From: Callorhinchus milii
Lineage: Eukaryota
Assembly (NCBI RefSeq): GCF_018977255.1
Contig: NW_024704742.1
Location: 2,234,001-2,298,000 of the forward strand
Direction: 5' to 3'
Length of the DNA stretch: 64,000 nucleotides
The notes under the pieces: model-generated
Database searches by the model: none
The model's input: only the letters and a program-made list of their open reading frames with translations
What the model was told of the DNA's origin: nothing
Program-made: the position numbers and the translations under genes
Shown: positions 23,763-36,792 of the stretch, in pieces
How the letters are laid out: every line of letters starts with the position of its first letter
Numbering within the stretch: position 1 is the first letter of the stretch

Positions 23763-24599
23763 GTGAAGGAAAGGGAGATGTTATGTTGTGAAGATTTCTT
23801 GCACTGACATGATCCGATGCTCGTGACATCTGAAGCAGGAGTTGCCGTCGGTGTTTGGTTTTATTCTGTGCGGCGCCTCTCTTGAAATGAGATTTCGGAT
23901 GATAAAGCGGCCCCAGTGTTAAAAAAAAAAGGCTCGCTTTTAAAATACATACACATATATATATTTACATATATGTACATCGACTGTTTTCCCTTTCAAA
24001 AAAAAAACACGACGGCATTTGCTCAACTCGTGTCTGGAGTTCCCGACCGATTTCTGACTGTGGCGCTGCGAAGAGTTGGGTTGAGTTGAGCTCAGGCGCT
24101 GCTCAATAAAACAGGAGACCTTTCAAGGAGCAATAATGTGGTTGGTTTAAGCACAGCGCGTGTTTAAAATAGCAATTGCAGGCGACTTTGTGCTCCCGAG
24201 TGATATCATTTGGATTCCCTCTCCCCCCCCTCCCGCCCCCACCTCCCCAATCCCAACCCCAACCCCAACCCCAACCCTAACCCCGACCTTAACCCACCGA
24301 CCGCAAAACTCAGACCTGTCGAAAACCGCAAGCAAACAAAAAAAAGCAACCGTAACCCCCCCCCCAACACCCCCCACCCCTCCCCCACAACTCCCTTCCT
24401 ACCCTCCCCTCCAAAAAAAAAAAGTTGCAACATCACTTTGGGATTTTTTTTTAAAAACACGAAAACCCCCACAAGAATATCAACTTATCATCAAGAGGAA
24501 CCAGCTTTCTGGCCAACCACCCGACCCCGACCCCCACCCCCACCCCCCCGACCCCCTCCAAAAAAAAAGAGAGGGCAGCGAAAGAGCCCGATCCTCACA

Positions 24600-25420
24600 A
24601 GCAGCCTATTAAAATATACGTGCGTGAGTTTCGAGAGGAGATTCCTCTGCTGCTCTCGGTTAAGCTACGGTTTGCTGCGGTTTGCCACAGGTTCGCGCGC
24701 GGGGAGGCTGAGAGGCTCCCTCTGTGCTTAGCTTTGTGCGTGAGACTGGCGAGGTGCCTGCACTGGGCTGGACTGAACGGCTTCTTGTAGCTGTGTGTGT
24801 GTGTGTGTGTGTAATGAGACTCATGAGCGATTCGATCACATTCAAGCTCCTCGGCCTGGCTGGCTGGCTGGCTGGCCTTGCCTTGCCTTGCCTTGTCTTG
24901 TCTTGGCCCCTGCCCAATGTACGCTTGGATTCTGTGCGCTTCGAAAGCTAACCAGCACTCTCGGTTTGTGACGTGAATGGCAATGAATTCATCTCGGCCA
25001 CAGAGCCGCCGGGAAGGAGGGAGGGCAGAGTGGCGAATGGTTTTCTTTGGCCGGCCTGGCACCTGACACGCGGGGAAACCCGGCCACCGTGGCGTTAAGA
25101 GTCTCCGGGCCAAGCCGAGATTTCCGTGCGTCCCACCTGCACGCGGGTGGAGATTGCGGGCATAGATTAAGGAGGGGAGAGGGGAGTGGGCGGGAGATAG
25201 ACGGGGGGGTGGCGCTCGGGAAACTTTTCCCATCGTGGTAGAAATCATCGGCGTTCTGTGCGTAGCTTACAAAGCCACTCGCGCTGATTGTTAGGGCTGC
25301 GTCAAGCAACGAAACCAATGTTCGCTCCTCAACTGCGAGGATTAATCCGGTTGATTTGCTGGGATTGTCCGGATTCTTATTTTAGAATTAATCCGGGGTA
25401 ATAAAACACGCCGTGGTGTT
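24600..25420. promoter_or_regulatory. CpG/GC-rich island in proximal intron 1
   Basis: Visibly high density of CG dinucleotides (e.g. ttcgcgcgcgggg, cacgcggggaaacccggccaccgtggcg) compared with the flanks; about 1.7-2.5 kb downstream of exon 1. Confidence 0.6.
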
Positions 25421-28400
25421 TTATCCTACTATAGATATGCATCCTGTATTCATCCACAATCTCACGAATGGCATTACATCTTTCTACATCGACCTACTTC
25501 GATGATTTTATGAATCTTTCCCACTGTGACTGCATTTACTTACTTATATCTCTGTCTGGCTGTCTACGCCGGAGTTAAACTGCAAATACTTTGCTTGCCT
25601 TATGCCAGGTCATTTCATCACGGGTAATGATTCGTAAAATGAGCTTTAATCTAAAGATTGTGCGAGTTACCTTCGTGCGATGCTGCGGTCTTTGATACGT
25701 AAGCGTGTGGAGCAGAGTGGATGAAAAAGTTCGACTGCTACAGTGGAATTGATCAACTAGGGGTTGTTGCAGAACTGTATAAGGAATGCTTAACAGTGTG
25801 AAGATTACTGGATAGGTGCATTGAAATACCCAGCATTGGGATTGATTATTTGAAATCCTTTGATTTCACTGCAGAATTACACTACATCACACCTGCTACG
25901 CAATTGTCAGTACCGATCAGGTATAAAATTCATACTTAACTCACAGTAATCATTCTTGCATGCGATAGAGTGACTTATCGCGTCGTCGAAACATCTCAAA
26001 GTGAAACTGCACAGGATTTTCTATGCTCTTAAAAGAGACCTAAGGTATAAATACGGAATCAGTTGAGATATCTGCTCACACCTGATCCACGCTAATTTGT
26101 TGTTGAACTTCCTAAGTGATTGTCTTATTTCCCTATTAATTTTGCATAAGCCCCGACTTCAGCTGCTCGCGACTGGCACCTGTTTTCGTAATAAATCCTG
26201 CTGTTTTCCACACTGACAAATCTTGCGGTGAATAAAACGGACGTGGCGCACACGGAATGCAAGTAGCGTCCAGTTGAGGGAACGAACTAATCATGGCAGT
26301 GTGCCATTTCCTTAAGCCAGTCTGGCCTTGACAAACATTATGCATGTTTGTTGTGAGGGGTTGGGCATCTGATGACCTTTTTAACACCAGGAGAGCAAAA
26401 TATGACCGTATCATATAGGCTTTGAGTTTCATCTGCAAGATAGACAGTCAGTTCACTTTACAGTGTATCCCGTGAAGCGCTTTGAGAAGTCTCAAAGATG
26501 TGATGAGGCGCTATATCAAATGCAAGGATTATTATTATTATTATAATAGTTACTCTTCAGCCTTAGGGATATAGCTGCCAACTCGGGTCACACTGCACGT
26601 TATCTTCTCAAGGTTTTGATAACATAAAGCTCACTTGTACGGGATTTAAAAAAAAAATAATAATCATCTTTGGATTTGATGTAGCAGCTTTTCACTCTGT
26701 CGAGACATCTCACAACACTTCACGTGACATCGGTATTTTGTATGCAACAGAAGTACTGATTAGTCATGGGAGAGTATGCGGGAGAAGTACAAAAGGATAC
26801 TTAAAACTAGTGCAACTTTCATTTTTTTCCTCTTAAGACTTTTTTTTTTCGAAGGCGGTGACTTGCTGGGATTCAGTTCTGTGAGTGCCAGCCCTTTGGT
26901 ACTCCGCTCAATGTATAATGCTCCTCCTGTGTGAGCCCAAACAGTGCATGTCAGCATGCTATTGAATGCAGGGAATTCCAGCCAATACTGATTCTATCTT
27001 CATCTGATGTCTAAACGTACATAATTCATGAGTTGCCTCTTCTATCTCGTTTCCTCCATAGCTGAGGCACAGTAAGGCACACTTTGCGCCCCTAACTGCT
27101 TACTTACTAAGGCATCCTCACAGTAGGATATCTATTAGATCTTCCTACGCTATCTCTTTGTCTGTCTGTCCGTTTAGGTATCTCACTTATCTATTTCTTT
27201 ATCGCCATTCATTGACCTGTTTGTCTACCTATTGATAACAAAGGTGCGGTAGAGCTGCTTCATCAGCCTTCGGAAGAGACTTGACTTCTAAGTGCAGCAG
27301 GTTTGCCTTCACCAAAATGCCACGGAAAATATTTTGCTATTGCTTGACAAACGGGGCACGTTCGTCTAAACCAGTGGGAAGCGCGATTGGGACCGTAGCT
27401 ATAGCGTCCTGTTCCCGGACGTTCTCTGCTGTATCCGTATAAGAAAGGTCAGTGGTGGCGGGAACTGCGTCGCTGTACTGACCCGAAACCTCAGCCCACC
27501 ATCAGCTGCTGGTATCGGGAGGGACGGTAATTAGCATTGGAGGGAAAAAATGCACAACTTGTGGTGGGCCTTGGTTCCTCTGGAGGCAGCAGCGTCACCT
27601 GCTGTACCATCACAGCCCTGAAGACCGGTTGGCTGGTGGCAGTAGAGCAAACCTGTAACATACCATAAAGACATCCCCTTGTGTCTTTGAACGCGCACAC
27701 AGATAGCTCCAGTATTCCAACATGTTCACCTCCAGTCTAATCCAGTCTTCCCTTGCGCCCGTAGTTCCACCAGCCGTCATCTCTCGTAATCAATGACCCA
27801 CTTACCCGTTAGAGCTTGATTTGCAGGGTGGAGCGAAAGGAATGTAACCGAGTCATTTTGTATGGTCGCAAACTAACCAAGCCGTGGGTAAAGTAACAAT
27901 GATAACATAATCCTTACGTTGGATATGGTGTCCTTCGTGTCAGGAGGCTGTCTCAAAGCGCTTGACACAGGGTACTGTAAAGTGTAGTGACTGCGTATTG
28001 TGTAAGTGAACACCATGTAAACCGCTTAGGCATATGCAGTCTTCGGTTGCTGTTGGATTGGTACTTGTTGGTACTTGATATCCCTTCTCTCGGAGTTCTC
28101 AGAATTGCTTTGCTTGATGTCTTCTACCCGTCCTCAAAATCCTACTAAACACTGTGCTTTCAGCCAGCATCTTCAAACACCCCTCCGTTCTGCTCCCCTT
28201 GCCCAGTGATCCATATAGTCTTTGTGGGGACCTTTGAGGCATTATCCTAAGTGAAATGGTTGCAATACATATTCTTGCGGCTGTTATTATACCTCTACTA
28301 ATGTATTTTAGCTTCTTCGAAACTGTGGAGTTGAGCAAACTCATTCCGTCTAATTTTGCTCAGAGGTGTCGTTGACACTCATCGTTGCAGCAATCATATT

Positions 28401-28534
28401 TGAGCAGACTTCATTTTTACAGAAGAGTGTTAACAAGGGTCAAAATTAGTCCATTTTTTAAACCAAATAGCATCATTTGCAAAAAAAGCTACGGATGGAG
28501 AAACTAACTACGAAGAGTATACTTAACTTATATT

Positions 28535-28772
28535 GTGGAGTCCTGTAACCCGGTGGTTAGAGCACTCTCCTCGCAAGCGAGAGACCTGGGTTCGATTCCC
28601 GGGCAGGGGGCGAAACATTGGGCAAGTTTCCTTACTCCACACGACTCTGTTTACCGAGCAGTAAGTAGGAACCCGGTTGTTACTCGATTGGCGGATTACT
28701 TTTATGGGGTAATAATCCCTTCAAAAAAAAAAAATTGGCCACTCAATCCACGACTGTTTGTGGGACAATGCT
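28535..28772 (+). mobile_element. SINE subfamily B, 3'-truncated
   Basis: Head gtggagtcctgtaacccggtggttagagc with B box GTTCGATTCC and the B middle segment; stops at tgggacaatgctgtg. Confidence 0.87.
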
Positions 28773-28819
28773 GTGCCCCCAGCCCTGCGCCGGAGTGTCA
28801 GCCTAGTCTATAGGATTCC

Positions 28820-29130
28820 ACAGGTAGGCGCAGGTGGGTGACCAAAGGCACGGTCAAAGAGGAGGATCTTGAGACGGATCTTGAAGGAGGCAGGGGAGGG
28901 GGGGCGAGCCCGAGGGACTGTGTGGCAGAGTGGCTTGAAGGTCCGTCGACCAATGGTGGGCTGGGCAAGGCGGGGGACGTGAAGCAGGCTGGAGCCCGCT
29001 GAGCGGAGGGAGTGGACAGGTTGGTAGGGGGTTAGGAGGTCACGGAGGTAGGGAGAGCGAGGCCGTGGTGGGCTTTGAAGGTGAGGACCAGGATCTTGAA
29101 CTGTATCCTCTGAGTGAGGGGGAGCCAGAG
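28820..29130 (-). mobile_element. L2 ORF2 C-terminal fragment
   Basis: Minus-strand ORF reads LWLPLTQRIQFKILVLTFKAHHGLA. Confidence 0.82.
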
Positions 29131-29619
29131 ACGCTGGGTGAAACCTTTTGATTCAGAGGTTAGACTGTTACCAACTGAGCCAGACTGACACATGGTGGGG
29201 ATCTTAAGAGAAAACACCAGCACATTTCTCATGGTTTCTCATTCGATTTGGAGGTAAATCATTTAAAAGAGACTTGATTTCTATGTGCATCAGTTTGCCT
29301 TGACCAAAATGCCTTGACCAAAATGTGTTGATGTTACTTCACAAGTACATTTAAATATCTGCAATATCAATTGGTGGTCAAGTGAAAAGAAACAACATTG
29401 GGTCGATGCAGATAACACAGGGAACTTCATTCTGTCCCGGACAGAACTGTACCTAAGTATGAGTGCTGGGCTGGTTGCTGACCTGGAGTGCATGAAACAG
29501 GAAGGTATTTTATTTCCTGGCATTAAAATTCAACTGCTTGAAGTACATAATATTTGTCTGTGAGGAAAGAAAGAGTCTCAAAATGTCTTTTCTCACTCCC
29601 TGTGGGGCGAAGCTAAATC

Positions 29620-29830
29620 AGTCAGACCTGCAATTAATCCCAGGCTTGTTGATGAGTTAGCAGATCGTAGCTGGGATGCCGATGGAGTTGTCCTTGCCAG
29701 GAGCCTCGGTGTTTCTGGGTAGGAAGAACAAATCATTCAAGGTCCCTGATCCTCATCTCTACCCAGTAACTGATGCTGGAATGTGAGTGTTTGCGAATGT
29801 CAGATGAGGACAGAATTGAGCTCAGCTGTG
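29620..29830 (+). mobile_element. Old SINE-like interspersed repeat, second family (related pieces at about 8880-9020 +, 26930-27020 -, 39125-39237 -, 46020-46142 +)
   Basis: Shared motifs gagttagc-gatc-agctggg, aaatcaaccaaggtt, ctatccag and gatgaggacagaat recur at several loci. Confidence 0.55.
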
Positions 29831-30344
29831 AGGGAGGTGCTTTCCTGTAACTAAATCAAGTCAACAATTAAATGCCAAAATACACAATTCATTTGAATTT
29901 TGCAAGACATTCCCTTATTACGATAAATTAGTGCAGTGCACTATTTAGGTTTTCATTTGCAATTTGCAATTAAAATTCAGATTCAAAGTAAAGCATACTC
30001 CCAGATGATTTATAGTGCCAGTCCTTATTCCAAGAGTTTACTGCATATTGTAATTAAGAGTAGTTGGGTTGGTTTACTGTGTGGAATGAGATAAAGTGGG
30101 ATTTATCATTTAATGTTAATTTACTCATCTAATGGTAATTATTGCGATCTAATCAATTCTCGTGCAAGAGCGTTTGAAACTTTTCATCAATCTTGTTATT
30201 TAAATCGAATTGCAATAAAATTACATTGAAATATACATATAAGTTGTACTTCTATACTGTACTTAACAAAGATTGAGTTAGATATCAATCACAAATCTTC
30301 ACTGGTATGTACTTGCCATGACTCAACCATAGAAAGGTTGAGAC

Positions 30345-31076
30345 ATAGACATAGACATAGATAGGTTTGGGGATTGGGCAGGTGGGTGACAGATGAAGTA
30401 TAATGTAGGGAAGTGCGAAGTCATCCACCTCAGGAGCAAAAACAGGAGAGCGGGTTATTTTTTAGAAGGGGAGAGATTGGAATGTGTTCGCCTCCAGAGG
30501 GACTCGGGTGTCCTTGTTCACCAATCACAGGAAGTTAGTCTGCAGGTGCAGCAGCAATTAGGAAGGCGAACGGTACGTTAGCATTCATTATGAAAGGATT
30601 AGAGTATAAGAGTAGGGAAGTCTTACTGCACCTGTAGAGAGCCCCGGTGAGACCACACCTGGAATACTGTGTGCAGTTTTGGTTCCTTATTTAAGGAAGG
30701 ACGTACTGGCCTTGGAGGGGGTGCAGCGTCGATTCACTAGGTTAGTGCCAGGGATGAAGGGGATGAGTTACGAGGGTAGGCTGACCAATTTGGGCCTATA
30801 TTCTCTGGAATATGGAAGAATTAGAGGGGATCTTATAGAAACCTATAAGATCATCAAAGGGCAATGATAGAGTAGATAGTGGGAGATTGGTTCCCTGGTT
30901 GGAGAAACTAAAACCAGGGGTCACAGCCTTAAAATCAGAGGCAGCCCTTTCGCACTGAGTTGAGAAAGAACTTCTTCACTCAAATGGTGGTGAATGTATG
31001 GAACTCACTACCCCAAAGGGCTGTTGATGCTCAGTCCTTGAACATATTCAAGACTCAGATAGATTTCTTATTGCAA
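30345..31076 (+). mobile_element. CR1-type LINE, 3' part of ORF2 (decayed)
   Basis: Translates to (W)QMKYNVGKCEVIH..., RPHLEYCVQFW, LEGVQRRFTRLVPGM and RGDLIETYKI, with stops and frameshifts. Confidence 0.92.
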
Positions 31077-31344
31077 AATAATCCTTGCATTTGATATAGC
31101 GCTTTTCACGTCGGGAGGACGTCCCAAAGCGCTTCACAGAACACACTGTAAAGTGAATTGATTGTATATTTGTGGGCGAACGCGGCCGCCAATTGCGCAC
31201 AGCAATGTCCCACAAACAGTCGTAGATTGAAAATGACCAATTTATTATTGTTTTTGGTTTTGGAGGATTATTATTAGGCTCTGTGTGGAGTAAGGAAACT
31301 TGCCCAAGGTTTCGCCCTGTGCCTGGAATTGAACTCAGGTTTCT
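31077..31344 (-). mobile_element. 5'-truncated tRNA-Ala SINE, subfamily A, at the 3' end of a CR1 fragment
   Basis: Near-identical reverse complement of about 36838-37108. Confidence 0.9.
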
Positions 31345-31684
31345 CAGATAGGGATAGCAAGTTGACAGAGAACAGTGTAAATATGGTGTCCCCAGGGATC
31401 AGTGGTGACCATACAGTATATATGATCTCAACTTGACCAAGAGGACATAAAGCAGGTTAGTGGATTGGACCGAAAAGCAAAATGTTGTGCTAAACCTCGT
31501 ACAAATGGTTGAGGCTGAAATTAGAGCATTGTGTTTTACTTGTTCCACTTTAGGAAGGATGTCATGACCATGGAGAGGATACAGCAAAGATTCACTTGGT
31601 TGACACCAGGGATGATAAACTTTAGTCATATTTGGCTTATTGTTTCCTGAGCTCATAGTCGTGTCGCGTTGTGCTCTAGAATAA

Positions 31685-31930
31685 TAATTCAGGAACAGGA
31701 ATTGTCCATTTGGCCCATCAAGCCTGCTCTAGCACTTTCTCAGATAATATTTGATCTGTAACTCAAAACCATTTTCCCATCTTTTCGCCATAGCTTCGGG
31801 TACCCTTACTAAGTATTTATCTACTTCCCTCTTAAGCATTTTCTCTGACTCTGCATTAAGCAGTCTTTTGAGGAAGTTGCAGCCAACCTCAAATACACAT
31901 GGTCTTTTCTTTCTTGAACCTCTGCCCCAC
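31685..31930 (-). mobile_element. Decayed CR1 3' terminus
   Basis: aggaacaggaattgtccatttggcccatcaagcctgctct resembles the reverse complement of the CR1 tail. Similar decayed tails lie at about 37270-37385 and 61185-61320. Confidence 0.6.
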
Positions 31931-33783
31931 CCCATCATAATTTTATTCTCCACTCTCTTTCTTTGAGGGCCCCTTCCAACATTAGATAACTGTAAAGGAT
32001 TATATTTTTTGCAACTGCAGTATATATATATATCTATCTACTCAACATAAGTCAGATATTGGTTAAAAAAGTCCAAATCGTTTCAATGGTGGATCTATAG
32101 GGGTCATGGAAGAGCAAATTCCAAGTGAATCCAAATCAAGTTATTGGACATGTTCTTAATCCACCAAAACAAGTAACAATAGAGTTATATTAAAGGTCTT
32201 GCAACAAGGATAATTTCACAGTTGGTGGTTGTACCTTATGCGAACTATCAGATGTAATTGCTGAAAACAGATTAGAAGAGGCTCAGAAGAACATTTTCCA
32301 TTTGAAGGGGCACCACAAATGATATTTGGATCATTGTTAATGTACTGTAAGCTATTATAAGAGTTCTCAGCTGGTGTTCCAGATATGATAAAAGCTGAGA
32401 GCTCCGGCTGGATCAACATAAAGTTCCTCTTGCCATCAAAAGTAAATTGCATTCGGGTCTCAAACGAAACATGGGCAACAGGAAAACCGATTGCAATCTC
32501 AAGGCGATACCTCGGCACTTTCTACTCCCCTATCGTCCCAGGAATAAAGCACAGTCTCGCAATATTTGCAGCGCTGTGCCTATTGCATGCATTAAAATGT
32601 GGCAGCGAGCCCAAAGATCAAAAACAAACGATTGAAAGTCGTTAATCAAGGCGTGTGAATGTTAGCAGAACGGCAACTTGGGCCAGGTAGCAAAAGTCAA
32701 TGGAGAACCCTAACCCAGCAAAGAGAGGAGGTGGGCAAAACATAACAGAATAATTGTCAAGTGAAAAAAGTGTAATCATTTTTATCTGACAAAGTGACTT
32801 CTTACCAGTGACTATGAAAATGTTGTGTTTAGCCGGATATGACTGGACAGACCTGGAAAATGCTTTGAGACATTTTCCCTCTGTGCGCCTTGGGACGTCC
32901 TCCCGACGTGAAAGGCGCTATACAAATGTAATGTTGTTGTTGTTGTATAAGTGCAAATTTATTGTTGCTGTCTGAAGTGTAACTCAAATCCCTGAACTGG
33001 ATAAACACCAAAGCAAACTTCGACAGCAGTTTAAAAGAAAGTCTTAAAAAGATAGAACAAGAGCTGAATTTGTTATACATGGATTCACATCTGTTGTTTT
33101 GAAATGATAGGGAGCATTGTGTCAGATGTATAACTGACATAGTTTTATTGCGTTAAATCAGGGACCCTTTTGCCGACACATTGATGTATACGTAGACGAT
33201 GCTGGAGTTGCATTCTGCCCCTTGTCATAGTGTTCCATACTCTGCTATTGATATACTCCGTCGCAGATGATGTTTCATTTTTGCCAAATGTAATTGTGGA
33301 CACAAATGTAATGGAAAAATCTGCTTGTTTTTCAGAAGCTTAAAATTGCTCAACCCTCAGAGGGTACGCTGGCAATAACTATTCAAATGTGCATTTCAGA
33401 AAGCACATTACTATTGTTGTGATACAATTCGCACAGTAATCAGCCGGGCGGCAATTACGAAATGCATTTTTCTCCCTTGTAACTGTGCTGCCTTTTCAAA
33501 TTAGGGTTTTCTAATTAATACTGGCCTGACCTTGGTACGTCCTGGGAACCAAGTTGTTGTCCCGTTCGTCTATTGCGAAGCTTTATCCGCCTTGTGAGCT
33601 GGACTGTGTGCCAATTCAGCTGTGTAGCAATAGTTGCATCCGAAAAGAGCAAGTAAACCAGACAGGGCCAAATTTCTTTCATATTTCCCTACAAATATGA
33701 AGTTGTTGCACCTCACAGTAACATCTGGCAATGCTCTTCGAGACGTGTCAACCATGAGGTAAGGAGCTATATCAAATGCAAGG

Positions 33784-33817
<34 letters not shown>

Positions 33818-34585
33818 ATGTTTTAGATGCTGAATTGTTTGGGAATGCAACATGCACAGATTCATTTGACCAGAATATCTTTTTTTTTTAATGGACTTCA
33901 AGTGAGTCTGAGAACAACCCTAATTCCATCCCAACAAACAAGAATAAACTGAGGCAAAAGTTCCAGAGAGTGTTAATCTGTTAACGCGTGAGCTGCATAA
34001 AATAATGTCTCACACTGTGTGGGCGCAAGCGATACCTTTCCACCGCAGGCTACAATCTGGGTGGCATCAGAAGTGGACTTTTTCATATAAACCGAGGCTT
34101 AAAGAAAGTCCGTCAGCCTTGCTCCTTCCACATTTCTGACTAGCTACCGATTCGTAGACCTCACCAGACTGGGGAGATTGATTCCATCTGGAACTCAGTT
34201 TATCCTGTTTTCTTGGCGTTTCTGATCACCGTGAATTTGGCAAGTTCCTAAATCCTGCCTTAAGTTTTCTCCTTGTTTATTTTAAGAACTGCAGAAAACT
34301 GGCCCGAAAGGCAAGACTGAATGCGACACCTTTCCAAATTCCACGCACTCTAAAATGCCAAGAAATTAGAATAAACCTACACCCAGGTAGAAATTTTACC
34401 CGTTCGTCTCCTGGGGAAAAAACGATTGTATTGATGACTCCTTGAAGTACAAGCGCGTAAATGTACCATTCAATTCTGCAAGATAACTCAAGATAACACC
34501 TTTCTCAGCACCACAAGGCAAACAGCGCAGATATTCTGTTTAGTGGATTAGTTATATGTTTCACGTATGTTACTGATATAGTTCT

Positions 34586-34830
34586 ACTGGGGAGAAATTC
34601 CACCAGGGTCTGGATTTGTTCTCTTCGTGTAGCATTTCAGAGTGTTCAGAATTTGGCAAATGGCTAAATTTAGTCTTAACTTTGAAGATGTTGTGCTTAA
34701 AATAACTTGTATTTAAAAAAAAAGGCTCAAAAATTGCCACTTGCATGTAAGAATTTGCCAAATTCTGCACCCTGCGAAATGCTAAGAAAATAGAATCAGT
34801 CTAAACCCAGAAGGAATGTATAACCCCTGT
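34586..34830. mobile_element. MITE-like element with long imperfect terminal inverted repeats
   Basis: agcatttcagagtgttcagaatttggcaaat (34631-34661) pairs with atttgccaaattctgcaccctgcgaaatgct (34753-34783); weaker complementarity extends outward about 40 bp more. Confidence 0.6.
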
Positions 34831-36792
34831 TCACTTTACGCAAAAAAAAATGATTTAGGATGGAGTTAACAATACATTCTTGGTTTCCCGCAGAGAAAAA
34901 ATAGTGTAGCATTTATTGATCGGTAGTAATTATGACCATAAAATTACACAGGAAAATGGCACAACGCAGACTTTTGATTTGATTTTGATCAGTGTAGGAG
35001 TGAGCGAACGTCACCGTCGGTGAAATGTTTTCCGTGTAATATCTAGCACGCTAAATGGGCTGGAAAGCGGCTGTCCTCTCGTGCTTTGCTCTCTTTCATG
35101 CCTGTGCGGTGAGCGAAGCAGACTTGCAAGATGGGCGTGCAGCTCTTGGTTAGCAGCGGAATCCACCCTCGTAAATCTTAAGCGCTAACACCTCACCAAC
35201 TGAGAGTCAAAGACTCTCAAAGTGTGCGTAGACCTGGCATCGTTAAACAGCGTCAGGGGACAGAGATCTGATTGTGCTCCGTTTGATGCGGTGCATCTCG
35301 CATTCAGTGCAAGTTTGACTCTCTTAATACCACACCTTTCTTTTTCGATTTCTTTAGGATGTAGTTACATAATTCATGACCCGATGGGATCGATCTATAC
35401 CTCAGAACAACTACAGCCCCTTTTGAATTACTTCGCCCCCTGGAAAAGGCAAAGCTCCCCCTTTGATGCACAATGTACAATTTATCAAAATGGTTTATCG
35501 CACACGTTATGCTGTAACTAAAACGCTCCCGAGAAATCTGTAGCAACAGGTCTCTAAATACGCATCGAAAGTTAGTTCTTAGTGTGGGTTCCTTCCTTGG
35601 TGAATGTCTTGGTGAAGGACGCTACACGGACTTAAGGATTATATTATTATTAATTATTATTTATTCTTGCTTTCTCAGTTTGGTGACGTAATGGGATATG
35701 TTGCACCTTGCATTTATATAGCTCTCTTCCCAGGGGCCACTGAAACCAGAAGAGTCAACACTGTCCATCTCTATCAGTCTATGTGGCCCACTGTCAACTG
35801 CAGGGAAGTTTAGAAGCTTAATAGAAGTCAGGAGTTTGATCATTTCGGTTGTTTCTTTCTTGACACCTCAAACTGAGAACTTCAGTCACCCGGAAGCTCA
35901 TGCCATTTGAAAATTGTTTTCAGTTGAACTGTTTTTTTTTGTTCCGGGAAAACGTGCGACACTACTGGCCATGTAACGCACAGAAATCATTAGATATCGA
36001 GGACTTTGAGTTGTCCTCTTGACTTGAAAGGCGTGATATAAATGTACTGTATTGTATATCCAGGGAGAACATCAGGCTCCGGTTGCTGCTGGGCCACCCA
36101 ACCACCGAATGGTTCACTGCCCGAATGAAAATGTCTCCAGTAGGTTAAATACGAGTACACTTCATTACAGACAGCGCAAGCCTGAAAGCTGGATAGCAAA
36201 GCATGCTGATGCACGAAAGGCAACGATGGAGTTTGGCCCACAAAACATACAGTCGATTCACTTCACAGTTTATTCTGTGCGGCGCTTTGAGACGTCTCGA
36301 AGACGTGACAAGGCGCTGTATCAAATGCAGGGATTATTCGATTATAATGCTGTTTTTGTAAACTTGTTGGCAGGAAAGATGTATACGAGACAATGAAAGG
36401 ATACATCAATCAGAGTGTGTCTCACCTTTTCCTATCGGTAATCCATTTCCTTTGCAATTTTGAGACCCGACAATATATCGGATGGTGAAGTCAGTTCAGC
36501 GAATGGATATTTTATGTATGCTCGCATTTCAATCCCAGTGATTTAAATTAAAACCTCCATCCCCCAGATAAACATTTGGTAATTTGTCTACAAAATACTA
36601 TACTTTACAGTAAAATCCTGTGAAGCACTTCTTCCTCATGTGAAAGGCGCCAAATCAAAACCAAAGAATTTTCATCAATAATTAGGATTATTTCCATTCT
36701 TTTGTTCTGATATACGTCCATTGATGCTGCGTTACAGACCAGAAGATCATTAGAAAAACCTCAGTGAGCATCACTCCATATCACTCCACTTT

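Noticed and set aside
24245..24295. Interstitial telomeric repeat
   Set aside because: Only one canonical CCCTAA; mostly CCCCAA variants within general C-rich sequence.
24595..25248. 217-aa minus-strand ORF
   Set aside because: GC-rich island containing microsatellites; no recognisable domain, and the scarcity of stops is explained by composition.
30345..31076. Functional reverse transcriptase gene
   Set aside because: 5'-truncated CR1 with in-frame stops and frameshifts.
34503..34530. RE1/NRSE with extended spacer (TCAGCACC...AACAGCGC)
   Set aside because: The right half lacks the critical GG of GGACAG; likely chance.
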